Source: Obrimoposthia wandeli
Taxonomy: Eukaryota
Reading direction: 5' to 3'
Assembly: GCA_977020255.1 (NCBI GenBank)
Contig: CDROCS010001889.1
Location: 310,001-374,000 of the forward strand
Length of the DNA stretch: 64,000 nt
This document shows, piece after piece, positions 37,627-51,200 of this stretch (positions within the stretch are counted from its first letter, which is position 1; each line of letters starts with the position of its first letter). A program made the position numbers and the translations under genes. The notes under the pieces are model-generated. The model saw only the letters and a list, made by a program, of their open reading frames with translations. It made no database searches and was not told where the DNA came from.

Positions 37627-39134
37627 CTATTACAGAACACAAAAAATACAAGTCATTTCAAGATTATACAAAAAATACAAGCTATACATTATGCAAACCC
37701 TTTAGATTAAACAACTGTCATCCAATACTACTTAACAATCCATTGATACATCCGTTACAAATGTTTTTGATTAAATATATACGATTCATTATCAGATTAA
37801 AGAAGCTTTAATGAATTAAACTCTGTTTAAAAATTGTAGTCTTTCGATATAAAATGTTTTAAAACACATTTTTATGATCATTTAAAATATTCTTTATTTT
37901 TAAAGTCTGAATTTGAAGGATATATAATTGATTAAAACTGAATCGTATAAATTTCCGAAGGAACGATGAAGAAAATACATTACTTTCAGTTAGAGGTTCA
38001 AACTCTTCAGAAGAACGTTTTTCATAGATTTAATGTGAGATTACACCCTAAATTGCCACTTTGAATAAGAAATTTCAATAATCTTCATATCTACAAAGGG
38101 TTTTAGAAGCCGTTCCTATATCATGACGAGTACATGGTACATGTTTTCGAATAGATATTACCATCTAAATTCTAGCACTATTTTAAATCGTATATGTTTG
38201 ATTGTTTGTACATACTTTTAGTTCCTCTGTGACGTTCGTTGATTCAGGTATCTAGCAGTACATGCAATTATATATTAGGGGAACTATGTTAGACCCAATT
38301 TGTGTAAACAACGTAAATGTGACCCGAACTAATGTTCACAAGTTCAGAGCGAACTCAGGAAATTAATCAAATTATGCTTGTTTGTTCAAACACCGGAAAC
38401 ACCCAGCTCTATAATTAAAAATTGAATGCACTTTGTACTTGATTTACACGATTTTACCAAATAAATACGTAATATTTATTTTGATAAACTCCATTTTAAA
38501 CACAAAATGCATTTTCATTGCAGTACCATCTCATTAAATAAATGAAGAAAATAACAAAACTTCTTCATCAACTTGGTATTCAAAATAACACATGTTATAC
38601 AATCTTCCTTAACACTGAAATAGGAAATATTGTAAATAAAAATATCAGCATAGATTATAATCAAAAAGTGTTAAAAAACTTTCTCCTTTGCAAAATAATA
38701 AATTCATGAAACAATGTTTATCTGGTTAAAACATAGCAATTAAAAGTTTATATTATATTCTATTTAAAAATCTTTCTCCTTTGCAAAATAATAAATTTGT
38801 GAAACAATGTTTATATTATATTCTATTTAAATTATTTTACATTAAACATGTAAATATAGTTATAACTTTTAATTAGTCACTCTAAAGGTTAATTTTAAAA
38901 GGTCTTAAAATTATGCTTCCTACTATAAATACAATTGATAATGAGTGCGATAGTCTATTTTACTTATATATTCCTTGGTAAGCTTTGAATGTATGCATTT
39001 TTAGTTATCTGGGAAATCTGATATAACTTGGACATACATAATCTTGTAAAATCTAATTACTGTTGTTTACATTAGGAATTATTTTAGATTCAAAATTGAT
39101 AAAAACAATTTTATTCATTAATATTTCGTTAGAC

Positions 39135-39420
39135 CAAGAATTCCCAAAGTGGGTTCCGCGAGCCGAAATTTAATGAAATTTTTTTGCAAAAATTAGCATT
39201 AACGTTACTTGCCTCTACCTACTAGGGCATAGGCTCACTATAATTACTTAATAAAAACTTCATTAGTTTAATTTTAATTTTTTTATTCATTTCTCAAAAT
39301 AAAGAAGTTTTCTTTTTATTCTTAACTTTATGGTTTTAAGTATTTTTAAATAGGTAGGTGTTACAATATTTTTAAATAACACTAAAGGGTTCCGCGGCCA
39401 AAAAGGTTTGGGAACCCCTG
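39135..39420. mobile_element. hAT-type MITE
   Basis: Ends CAAGAATTCCCAAAGT / AGGTTTGGGAACCCCTG; 8-bp TSD CGTTAGAC / CGTTAGAT with central TA. Confidence 0.85.
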
Positions 39421-42165
39421 CGTTAGATCACTTAAGTAACTGCCAGGCCAACATATAACTAATATCATTGGACGTTTAGCATTATTCAGACGTATCTTTC
39501 TGTGAGGTGGTCCGAAATGACTGTTGTGATTAGGATAGTAACTTCTCTAAATGCGCTTAGTTAATCGTTGATATCTAGTTATTAAGAAGTACTCCTTGCT
39601 AAATTAAAAATATTTAAACTTTTAAACCATTGGAACTGACATAAATTGATGAATGGTAACATCAAAAACAATCCTTTTTCTTGACGAAACACTGCAAATT
39701 TAATTTTTAGACATTCTCAATGACAGAAATGTTAAGTCATTTAAACAAAATTAAATAATATAATTTCCCTAAAAATAAAAGGACAAATAATTTAGATTTC
39801 CCAATAAAATTGACTAAGCAGTGACAATGACAACAAGGAAACTCTAGAACACCACATCAGTCTCTTACAAGATAAGTTATCAAAATGGAAATGACAAATA
39901 TTCATCATATTTACAAAATACTCTCAAAAAGAATTATCACGATCAAACTTAAAATATAAGCTCCCCTAAAACGTTATCAGAGATATAAATCAAATCAGTA
40001 AGTTTATACGTAATAATATTGTTTAAATACTTCGTTCCTATGGATTTCATAAATTTAACTATACAAAAATAATTTAAATTGGAAATAAATCTATTTAAAG
40101 AAGCAAAGTTGAAATAATTATTAATAAAAAGTTATATAGTAAATAATAATAATTATGTTTAATAATTTCACTTTTAAAAATGTGGTTATATTTTTAAAAT
40201 AATTTTAACCTAAAAGAAGAAATAAATAATTATATAAATATATCTAAAATAATGAAAATAAAAATCTTTGCTAACCAAATTGTTTAAGGATAAATAAGTA
40301 AATTTTAAAATTTCAAGAAAATCCGTGATTTTCCCATTTATGACTTCCCTTGTTAATTGACGTTCGTGAGGATCAACTCTGGTGAATACAGTAACATAAA
40401 TAGCAACAAACGTAGGTCTCAAAGTGTGTCTTATATAGTATTACAGTTCTTTAACAGACCCGATAATATTGACGTCATTTAGGAGTTTTCTGGTTTACCC
40501 TTGATCATTTACCTTCTTGTGTGTATTTTTAATCTTTCTCATTTTGTTTCGTTAGAAGGTATACTATCGTAAAGAGTGTAAAGAACTTTAATCTAATATA
40601 TTTTTAATACTTAAATGCTAAATTCATGTTTATTGGGTTATTATTTTCTGACATAGTTCAAATTCAACAAAAAATTTTCGATTAATTTTGGCATTTATAT
40701 TATATTATGACATTTCCTTCAAAAGTTTTTAAAATTAATTATTTAAATTAATTTAATATAAATTGTCCTAACTAAGATCATATTCTTAATTTAGACTCAA
40801 ACACATTGTAAGGTTTTAATAAATTATATATTCTTAAATATATTTATTAAATATTTAACATTTTTCTGACTAATTGGTAAATTATCTAATATGAAATTTT
40901 AAAAATTTCAACTATTTAAAATAAGTCTTTTCCCCAATCATTATATTCAAATGTGGCTTCTTTTATTAAAGAAATTGTAAAATAAATTCAGAATTTCTAT
41001 GTCGTCAAATGATTTTAAGTCACAGTGAATGTTTTGTCTTGCATTTGAAGTAATAGTCAGTGAAGTGTTTTATTTTAAAAGAAATAATTGAAATAAATTA
41101 TTCTTATGTTTTTATAATTGTTTGATTTAAATTAATTTTAACAACTTTATTTTAAATTTATATTTTATTACAAAGATTATTATTTAAGCCAAGAATTTTT
41201 TACTGAAATATGTGAAAGCTAATGTAGTAGGGAAATTGAATAAATCAATATGATCACGTCTAACATATAATAAATAAATTGATTTATTAATTTATTATCT
41301 GTTTGTTTAAATTGTAGAACAAATTAGATTGATATTATATTATTGATTTAATATTATATGGAAATTATTTCGAAGTTTAATATTAAATTTAAAATGTGAC
41401 CTAATATTTGAAAATTATTTTTAATAATTTAACCTAAACATTATTTTTAATTATGGTTAATAAAACGTTTGTTTATTTGCATAGTTGCATATTAATTTCG
41501 GTTTAAAACATTATATAAATCATACAAATATTTTAGATAAACAATAGTTACATTAGTATATTAAATTTTTAATTTAATCAACTTTCTTTGCATATATAAA
41601 AGTTTTACCTGTTTTTTTAAACATAACTCATTTAAATATTTACAAACAGTTTAGTCCTGTTTTTTAAAGAGAAATTAAATTTTAATTGTTTTATAATTAT
41701 TATACAAGCTTAAATTATTTCAATACACAAAATATACAACAATATATATTTTTTAATAAATATATAAAATAATTTATATAAAATCTAAAATAAAATAGAT
41801 AATAAAATTAATTTAACTAAAAAGTAGTTTCTATCAATTATCAAAAATTATTATTTAACTATTATGTTCAAAGATTATGTAAATTAGAAAAATAAAGTTT
41901 TAACTAACAAAAATTAAAATGTTAAATGTTATTTCAAAATGGGCAAAAGTATTATAACTGCCACCTTCTAAAACATAAAATAAAATCATATTCATATGAT
42001 AAATGATTTTTTTGTATTAATTTAAAAGTGACCGATTTAACATCAAAAATCTGATTGTGAAAACTCGAGTCCTGCTTGATAATACATAACGTTGATAATT
42101 TAAAAAAGTACAATAAAATAATTTGTAAGATTTTAGAGTCAGTTAAATTGAATTTTGTATAAAGG

Positions 42166-42284
42166 ATGTTTCTAAATAATCAAAAAGTTCATATCTATGA
42201 CAATCATGTCAAGTTCCAAATCAACCTCTACCGAATGCTAGATCGACCTAGAGACTGGAAATGCGTACTTTACCACTTCATTGT
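42166..42284 (+). CDS. KCNQ: KCNQ exon 1 (short N-terminus, S0)
   Basis: 119 nt, ends phase 2 at GTGAGT; an upstream exon cannot be excluded. Confidence 0.85.
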
Positions 42285-45200
42285 GTGAGTATTTTTAATG
42301 TCTTTTAAGAAATATAAGCGATTTTTTGGCGAGTTTCTGCCTTCACATAATTAAAATTTTAATTTTATTACTGAAAGTAGTAAATAAAAATAACCACAAT
42401 ATCAATTTGTATTTTCAGATTTTCCATCAGCTTTGCTAGTTTCATCCTCAGTGCTTTGCAAACCGTACCTTTGTTGCCGTCATATCATACGTACTTTTAT
42501 TGTTTGGTGAGTCTGTTGGGAGTTTTTCCCCAAAATATTGATATATTTAAAAAGAAAATGACACAGATTTCAATGTTTAAACATGAAAAAGCGAATTCCT
42601 GGTTAGATAAAAATCGGGGTTGTTTGTAGAGATCGTAATTGAACAGGTCTATATAAACAGAAATAGTACATTTACTTTAATAACATACAAAGAATTTTAT
42701 GACCTAAAACATACAAAATTATAGAAAGCTTGATAAATATATTTTGGTTTTTGAAACTGAATCCTCTTTTTAGATATTTACTAGTCCAATAAAAATGATC
42801 AGCAAAAACATCCCTTTAATATTTCTAGATTCCTGAATACCTTCTGGTGATATTTTGTATAATTTGCCACATGATATTTTATAACACAAAAGTTCTCCAT
42901 TATCGACCCTACTTACTGTAGATAGTGCAATTTTATCAAACCCTTTGTTATTTTAAAGGTAAAACGCAGCTGTATTTAATACGGAATTATATTTTCTGTC
43001 ATTCCGCCATTAAAACTATTCTCACAACTTATTGAGACAGTCTGATGTGACTGAATGGACAAATAAACGCATTATCAACAAAATTACCAAATTGGGGTCG
43101 TGAAAGCCTCTTTTAATTGCTGTCCTTTCTGCTGTATCTGCATAAGGCTATCAAAGATTTTTTAACCCGTTCCACATGACACTTACGTATCCTGGAGTTA
43201 TTTTACACAAATTACAAAGCGTAACAACAAAAACTAATGAAAATAAGTTCTTATGGATAGTTTTGCATCCTGATTGTCGGGACAATAATTTGAATGCACC
43301 AACACATCCAAGAATGACATTTTCATATTTTTTCTTTATTTTATTAAATGGTCACTGAGGTGGATACTGAAAAAATTATTATGAAATGCCGATTTCTGGA
43401 GAACCCTTTATTAATGAGTCAGGGTCAGTTAAACGGAAAGCCGAATTGTATGTTTCTCCAATTTTGTAAGGTTCCCGTTTTAATCAGAATTTGTAATTAA
43501 TTAGAAAGCATATAATAAAATTAATTTTAAAGGAAAATAAAATTTTTAAATTGGCATTGACTATCGGCTACAGAAACATTTTTCAACACCAGGTGAGGTA
43601 CATTTACATATATATATTGTACATTCTGTTATATGTTGCATTTTGTCTTTGAAATGTTAAAAAATTCTGTTTCCAAAGATTTTAAAATTTAATTTGTATG
43701 GCCCATTTATGCAAAAAATTTAATAAAATTAATGACATATTTTTAAAATGTTCATAATTTAATGAAACAAAAAAGAATATGAAAATTCATTACACTACTT
43801 GTTTTCTAACTTAGAGAATTAATTTTATATTTTGTTAGTTAAGTTGATTTTATATCATTTAAGAATGGGGAAAATAGTAGAAATTGGTACTCCCAATTTA
43901 TGTTTTATTGATTTTTATAGTTAAAGTTTTATTAATTAATATTAAAACTTGATTATTATAAATTAATACCTTTTTATCAAAATAATTTTATGTTAGGATT
44001 ATTTTATTTAGTGTTAAATGAATTTCATTTCGTATTCTTTTGTCTAATAAATTCCTTCTATGATCTGATAAATCAAACAATCAACTTTTAAAAGATACAT
44101 TAAAGTCAAATTAAATTTTATCACATGAACTTATAAATAATACGAGAAGGCAATTTAATGATTTTAAACAATCTGTATTAAGTTGTAAGCTTAGTGGACG
44201 TTTTCTGAGTTAAAACCTTTGACGAATGTTACTTTGTAGAATAAATTTCACATAATTGAGAGAAAAGGTTTCATATCAAAATGAAAATAGTCATTATTTA
44301 AATTTCAAGTTTAATTGGAATCCAATACTTATCGGAAAAATCTTTCTAAAACGAGTAAACAAAAGTATTAATTGATATTTATTGCATAACCAAGATAATA
44401 TTTTACTACGAGTATCCAGTACTTTAATTGCTTAATTCAGTTAGTCCCAATTAAATTGTTTGATGTTTTATTTCCCAAAAATCGAGTTCAGTGTTAAATA
44501 GCCACTGAATTATTTATTTCAATTTTTTAATCAATTTATTTAGTTCAACAACAACATATCAAATATATTATAGTGCAAATTTCATTGCAAATAAGTCAAA
44601 CATTGTCGACTCAAAAATTCACTTCTCATCTGGAACTTTGGCTAATAACAGAGAGTAATTCTGAACAGAAATGCATACACCTGTCTTTATACCTAAATTA
44701 ACCATCGTTTACATATAATTACAAAAAATTTGTTTCTATAAATAGTCTATAAAATTGTGTAAATGTATAATTTGCTATATGTTATGAAATATTTTACTTT
44801 TAAAATGAATTTAGATGTACTAGTAAAGTTGAATTAAAAATTGATTTATACGTATATAATTGAGTTGCTTATGAATGAACTGTGTTCTAAGCCATATGAT
44901 TTCGGGGTCGTTAATTGTTGAAGAAGAAATTTACATATTTATGATAAAATAAAATATCAAGAGAGGTATAAATGACAATGAACCAGAACTGTACAATAGA
45001 GCCATATGCGGTCGGCGGCGTCAGAACCATAATCGGTGCTGGGTCAGCATTGACAAATTTGTAAGCAATGAAATGAAAATATTTTTATTTAAGTGTTTTA
45101 TTTAATTTCACATGCTTATTAAGAAAACAACTTTAGTCGAACTAAAGTATTTTATTTAGATAAAGATTCACTTAATTTATCACCCGCTACCGGCATTGAA

Positions 45201-48200
45201 ACATTTTTAAGTGAATACAAAACTATCCTAAATTAAAAATTTAGATATTTCAAAAGAATTTCAAATTCCTTTAAAGAAAATCGACTCTCAACTAGTTGTA
45301 CCACTTGATCCATGTCAATGCATATTGTACAAAATATTCAAATATAGACTTTTTTTGTTATATTGACTTAATTTCCCTTTGTATTTTATCAAAAAAATAT
45401 TTTAACATCTTCTAACAATTTAAATACGATTTTAATACGAATGACTAGCTCTTTGGTAAAACAGAACTGGTGAGGTGAGATTAACTAGTTTAAAAAATAT
45501 TTTAATCCTTAGTATTAAACAAACTTTTAAAAAGTTTTATAATAATTATACTTCTTTCAAAATTATTTACTATACCCCAAGTCGGTCATTAGATCAAATG
45601 AATGAGATTATCCTTCATCAAGTTGACTCAAGGGACCTTGAAATTGCAGGAGGCTGTGCTGCTGGTGGTGTACTGTTGTGAGTACGCAGCGCGACTATGG
45701 GCAGCTGGCAGTCTGTACCGCTACAAGGAATGGCGAGGCCGTCTACGTTACTGCCTTGAATTTATCAAAATCATTGGTCAGTTTCTATCTTATGTTTGAT
45801 TTCGAACGAAGCAGGCAATTTTCGCGTAATTATGGTGTATTCAAAAAACTACCAGCCGTGTAGTCCTTTGGGATTTGCACTTCAAAAGAAATAGAATGTA
45901 TTCCACAAAAGACGTGGACAAATTTAATAAGAGTGTTGAAAATACAAAAATAATTTTATCACAGAATCAAGGTAAAAATAATAATATAGATGACAAAAAT
46001 CGTTTAGAAATAAGAAAGTATGCTTTTGAAAATGATACTAGGGCATCAGTCAAAGCAGATTAGAAAATCTTGGATAATCTTAGATAATAAATTAAGTTTC
46101 AAAGTCTTAAAGAAAATGAATTTATTATTTCATTTTAATTTAACCTCAGCAAATTTAACCTATCGATGTCACCCAAATGATCACTTACGAAATGATTGTA
46201 CTAAAGAGAGTTTAAAAGTTTTTAAAGCTTTTTATACGGAACATTTTATCAGAAAATTTGAAAATGAGCAAATATCAATGACATTTAAGTTAAATCATCG
46301 AAATAAAATCGAAGGCTGCCAAATGATTCATAATGAATTTTAATAAATTGTCAGTGCAGAAAGAATGGATAAAAACAATTCGATCATTAACTGAAATCAA
46401 AGGGTGTGTTTAAAGACTAAATTATGTCATGAGAATCACCAAAAGTTACAGTGTCCCAACTTTTATGGATTTTCCATATATATTTTGTTCTACCTTTTAT
46501 CTATTTTCTTCACTTCACTTTTTAAATCTTCCACTCATTTCTACCTCCATTTCAGACCTCGGCATTATACTGGGCACAGTCTGCACTTTAGTGCTAGGAA
46601 TTGACCGCAACCCAGCCTCTGGTTTCTATTCGAAGTGAATTTGGAAATGTGTGATTGTAGATTTTTACTAATTCCAGGTTTCTGTGGATCATACAAGCGG
46701 CCCGGATCATCCGCATTGATCGATTATGTACGTCATGGAAGCTGCTGAATTCTACAATATATACACACAGAAAGGTGACTAAGGGAATTCGTTTATTAAA
46801 ATAACTCAAATTATTTAAGTCAATATCTGAGATGATGCACTTTGTCGCCATTTTAATGATTTCACTTTTTTATCATTTTGAATAATTTTGATAAGTTAAT
46901 AAACTTTTTAGTTTTTATTATTTTTGTTTAACTACATCGCAATAGGTTTCATTTAATTCTTATTGCTGAATTTTAAATAATATGTCAGTCACTCTCGAAT
47001 TTGATGCGAGTTGCATAAGTGTCAGTCTGTAGCCATCAGGTTAGGGTGTCGTGTCTACTGGCTTAAGGGCGAGATCGGGTGAGCGGTTTATGTTTTGAAG
47101 ATGAGGCACTATTTTTGCAAGGTTTCTGTTAAGGTTTCTATTCCTACGTTACCAGGCGGCTGTCCTACGTATCAACATAAAAAGCTAATAAAGAACATGT
47201 AATAGTTGAAATCTTCATATGCTTTATGACAATAACACAGCTTTTCATTTCGAATTCAATCAGTGTATAAAAATAGAAGTGCCTGTGAAAGTTAAATATT
47301 TATTTTCTGATAAATCTTCAGAGGAATGCTCATTTTAGTGGTTATTCGTGTTGAAAATCACAAAATTGAAATGTCATAGTTTATATGCAGTAAAACACAC
47401 TCTAATATGATTAGTTTGGATTCTGTTATGCTTATTAGATGGTTCAACTAAAAATACATTAAAATGTCTTACTTATAAAAATCTAGTAGTAATTATTACG
47501 ACATTTTTGAATTCAAAAGTATCTTTTATGTACACTTGTGGAGCAGTATGTCATGTCTTGACTGCTGACCTTCTGATAGCATGACAGGAAGATGAATATG
47601 ACTGTGATGAAGATGTTGATAAAGACATTTTTGAGAAAAATATTTAAAACACTGATTTTTTATTATAATTTAGTTATTGTGACCATATACCGCACTTCGT
47701 TCTTTTCAATCCATGCTCTTTTATTGTTGTAGCCCTTTAATGCAATTTTATCTGATTCTATGGCATATACTTGGTGTGGTTTAGGTTTGTTACAAGCTGT
47801 AATGAGGGGAGCACCGGTCCTTAACCATCTGTGAACTTTCTTTCTCACACAAGTAGCATCTTGAAGCAGTACTGAGATTTATTCTATCTCCATTCTAGGT
47901 TTGTAAAGGGGAGCAACAACAGCTCCTCGCATGTCATTCAACTTGCCAGCGAAGTCGGTGGCGCAGTTGAGGCCGTAAAAGTCAAGGTGTTGAATATTGT
48001 TATAGTTATTTTCCAGAATTAGTTTTATAGAAATCGGTTTATGTTCATGTCTTTATTTCATGTAGGGCTCAATGGTCTTTATCAATAGTCTAACCGCTAC
48101 TGACCTCTGTTTAGTTTTCGAGTTTATTATTTAGTTTATCACACCTACTTCACCATGAATTCACAACAAACGTGCCAGGATTTGTATTCTTCCTCAATGT

Positions 48201-51200
48201 TTGCAAACTCGGTTTGTACATCAAAATCAATTTTACATGAACCAAATAATGACATTTTATTGTGCAAGCCGGTCAATATACTACTGCTTATTTCTACCTT
48301 GGTCAAATTCTGGTTTAAGACATCAAAATGCAATTACATTGAACTGAACCTCCTAATTGGACTGCATTATCATCCTCATCCCCATCCTCATCATCCACAT
48401 CACCATCATCATAATCAGGTTTTGCTAATGTTTGGAGTAGGGATTGATTTTTTAAACGATTTTGATGTTGAGATAAAAAGATGATTACTTTTAAATTCTT
48501 AAGTTTGAGCAGTTTATTTTTATTTGACTTGTTTCAACGAAAATTTGTAGAATTTTAATTATAATTAAAAAATGGATTAGTTTCATTTGTTTGATTATTT
48601 TCAAAATTTCATTTTTTGGTCGATTGCCAGTCGGATTTTCTCAGCATACATAGACCAAATGGTGAACGGATTTTATCTAACCAGAGTGCCACATTTGGCT
48701 TAATTTTCGAAGTTATGGCAAAGTCGGTGAAACGAGCCAAGACTAAGATCTTGAATAATACTGTAGTGTCTGGTGGGGAATTAATCGTGGTTTTGATAGA
48801 TGTAGAACAGCTGGTAAATTCAAGACCAATTGGTTATAAAAGTACAACCGAGGGTGATCTCGAGGCGTTGACTCCAAGCTATTTTGTTAGAGGTGAAGGC
48901 TTCACCAATAGCTCATTCGAAAGTAGAAGAGGACTCATATGCTGTTGGAAGTTAATTCAAATGTTTAATAAACATTTATGGAATCAATAGACGTAAGAGG
49001 TAACTCAATGGTCTAGGTGACACTAAAAAAGAAAGAGAAACGTGGCTGCTCGGAAGAGTCATTGAATTAATACCAAATAGTGATGTTAAGGTTAGAGTTG
49101 CGAGAATAAGATGTCAAGGTAAAGAAATAGTCAAGGAAATTCGTAAATTATGTTTGATAAATGCAGAATAGGTTTTAAATGTAGAAAGTTTGTAGTTTTA
49201 AGTAGGTAGAAGCAGTCTGGAGTAAGAGTTGTTTGAGGCGAGTTGTTTGTGAATGTTGATGTTGTGGGGAATGTGTTTTTATTCATCCTTGATTTGTTTG
49301 TTTCACAAAATTGGATTGAGTACTTTATGTTGTGATAAAAAATTTAACTGTGCAAGTTTTTTCGTGTGGGATCTGCATCCTGATGTTACTGAAGCGATTC
49401 ATTACGATTGATTGCAGCAGCATGAAAATGTTCTGACTATTTAGTTACGAGAAAATATCTTAATTATGCGTATGTGAATAACAATTTTGCAACTGAAGCA
49501 AAGGCAGCATTTCATCAAGTTAATTTAAAGACCACTTTATTCTTTCCATGACCTTTAGTTTTCAATCTTTCCTGAATGATATGCATTTCAGGTTTTCTCG
49601 ATAATTTGCGATTATTGTTCATTAACTTTCCTCCCAACGACTTCATCATTTTCAACAGTTATATTATACATTACAGAATTTGCACTTACATGTATTTTAG
49701 AAATTTTAAATACTTCATCACTTCAATTTTGATTGAAAGTTTTAATAAATTGTGTACTAGCTAACTTTGATATTCTCCCATAATCACTCACATCATACTT
49801 GGGACGTTAACAACTTCAGTTTGATGACGTTCAAACCATGAATCAAATTTTACGGCAATTTGTATTTTATCATTTATACTCCATGTGATGAGTGAATATA
49901 TGATATTATCAATTTTAGTAGTACAACAACCCATTTTATTACCTATTTTAGTAAAGTATTTCTATAATTTGACTCTTATTGTCCTTTTAAATCGTTCAAA
50001 CATTGCTGGTTTACAAAGTGAATATACAGAATAATGATTTATATTAAACTTTTTAAATAGAAGATCTACATTTTCTATTATAAAAATTTATTCCTGCATC
50101 ATTATAAACATGTATGGATACAACATCAGTCATTAGCTTTATAGCAGCTTCAGTATCTTTACCTGGGTTTGATTTAACGGTACAACACGCTCAATACATG
50201 TTAAAATGTACTTGTTGTCAGTATTTGTGTCTGCATAAAGTATCATTTTGATAAAGTCCATTTGCCACAAGTCTTTATGTTCACTCATTTTATTTTGTAG
50301 CATAGGTAACCTTTTCATCTTTGGTCTGTAGGGATTGCAAACAAATTGATTTCTCAACCATTTCTGGATTACCATTGATTGTGGTTAATTCTCGAACGCC
50401 ACCTATATAACTGGGTCTTCGGTATCGTACCACCTCATTTATATTTGAACAATTCATTTTAAAATCAACAAAAGGTAAATTATTACACATAATGTTTATT
50501 ATTATATCACTACTTTTTAATTCATTAGACCTAAATGTAACTTTTGATGAAGTCGTTATAAAGAGAAATAGTTATGTACAAAATCTTCTTATGTCTGTGC
50601 TAAAGCAGAGAAATATGTGGGATATTTGATGAACAGTACTCTCAAACCTAAAAAGTCGTCAAAGAAAGACAAAAAAGCTAAGTCTAAATTTTTTTAAAAA
50701 TATGTAATAATGTAACAGTACTATAAACAAAATCTAGAAAACAAAATAATAAAATGATTTGAAAAAATATATTAACATTCTTTTAAATATTGATAAAAGC
50801 TCCTAATTCTCATAGAGTTCGAATACTTAAGTAATTTCCCGATTTCGTAATTGATAAATCAGTTGAAATTCTATATAATGTTATAAAAGGAAGAATCAAC
50901 GTTGATAAAGACAAATAAAAAATTTTGAAACCTTAAAAAAGGTTTTGCCCGATATTGTCAATACAAAGTGTAAAGTCGGTAAAAGTGAAATCGTATTGAA
51001 TCAAAAAAGAAGATTTATTGGTGGTATTAAACGGAGAAATGTCCTCTTCGGGGGCTCAATGTGGTATCACTCAAGTGACGCTTTGCTTTTGCAATGGTTG
51101 CTTGTTAAAAGTCATTAAAAAAATGTTGAGATTTTAATTATAGAAAACATTTATTAAATATGTCTGTTCTAACACGTAAATCAATAGGTCATTCCTGTAA

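Noticed and set aside
40470-40477. CRE palindrome TGACGTCA between the divergent genes
   Set aside because: A single 8-mer is expected by chance in 64 kb; no supporting context.
48155-48484. His-rich ORF
   Set aside because: The His/Pro run is a (CAT/CCT)n microsatellite inside TE debris; the opposite strand looks like a retroelement protease fragment.
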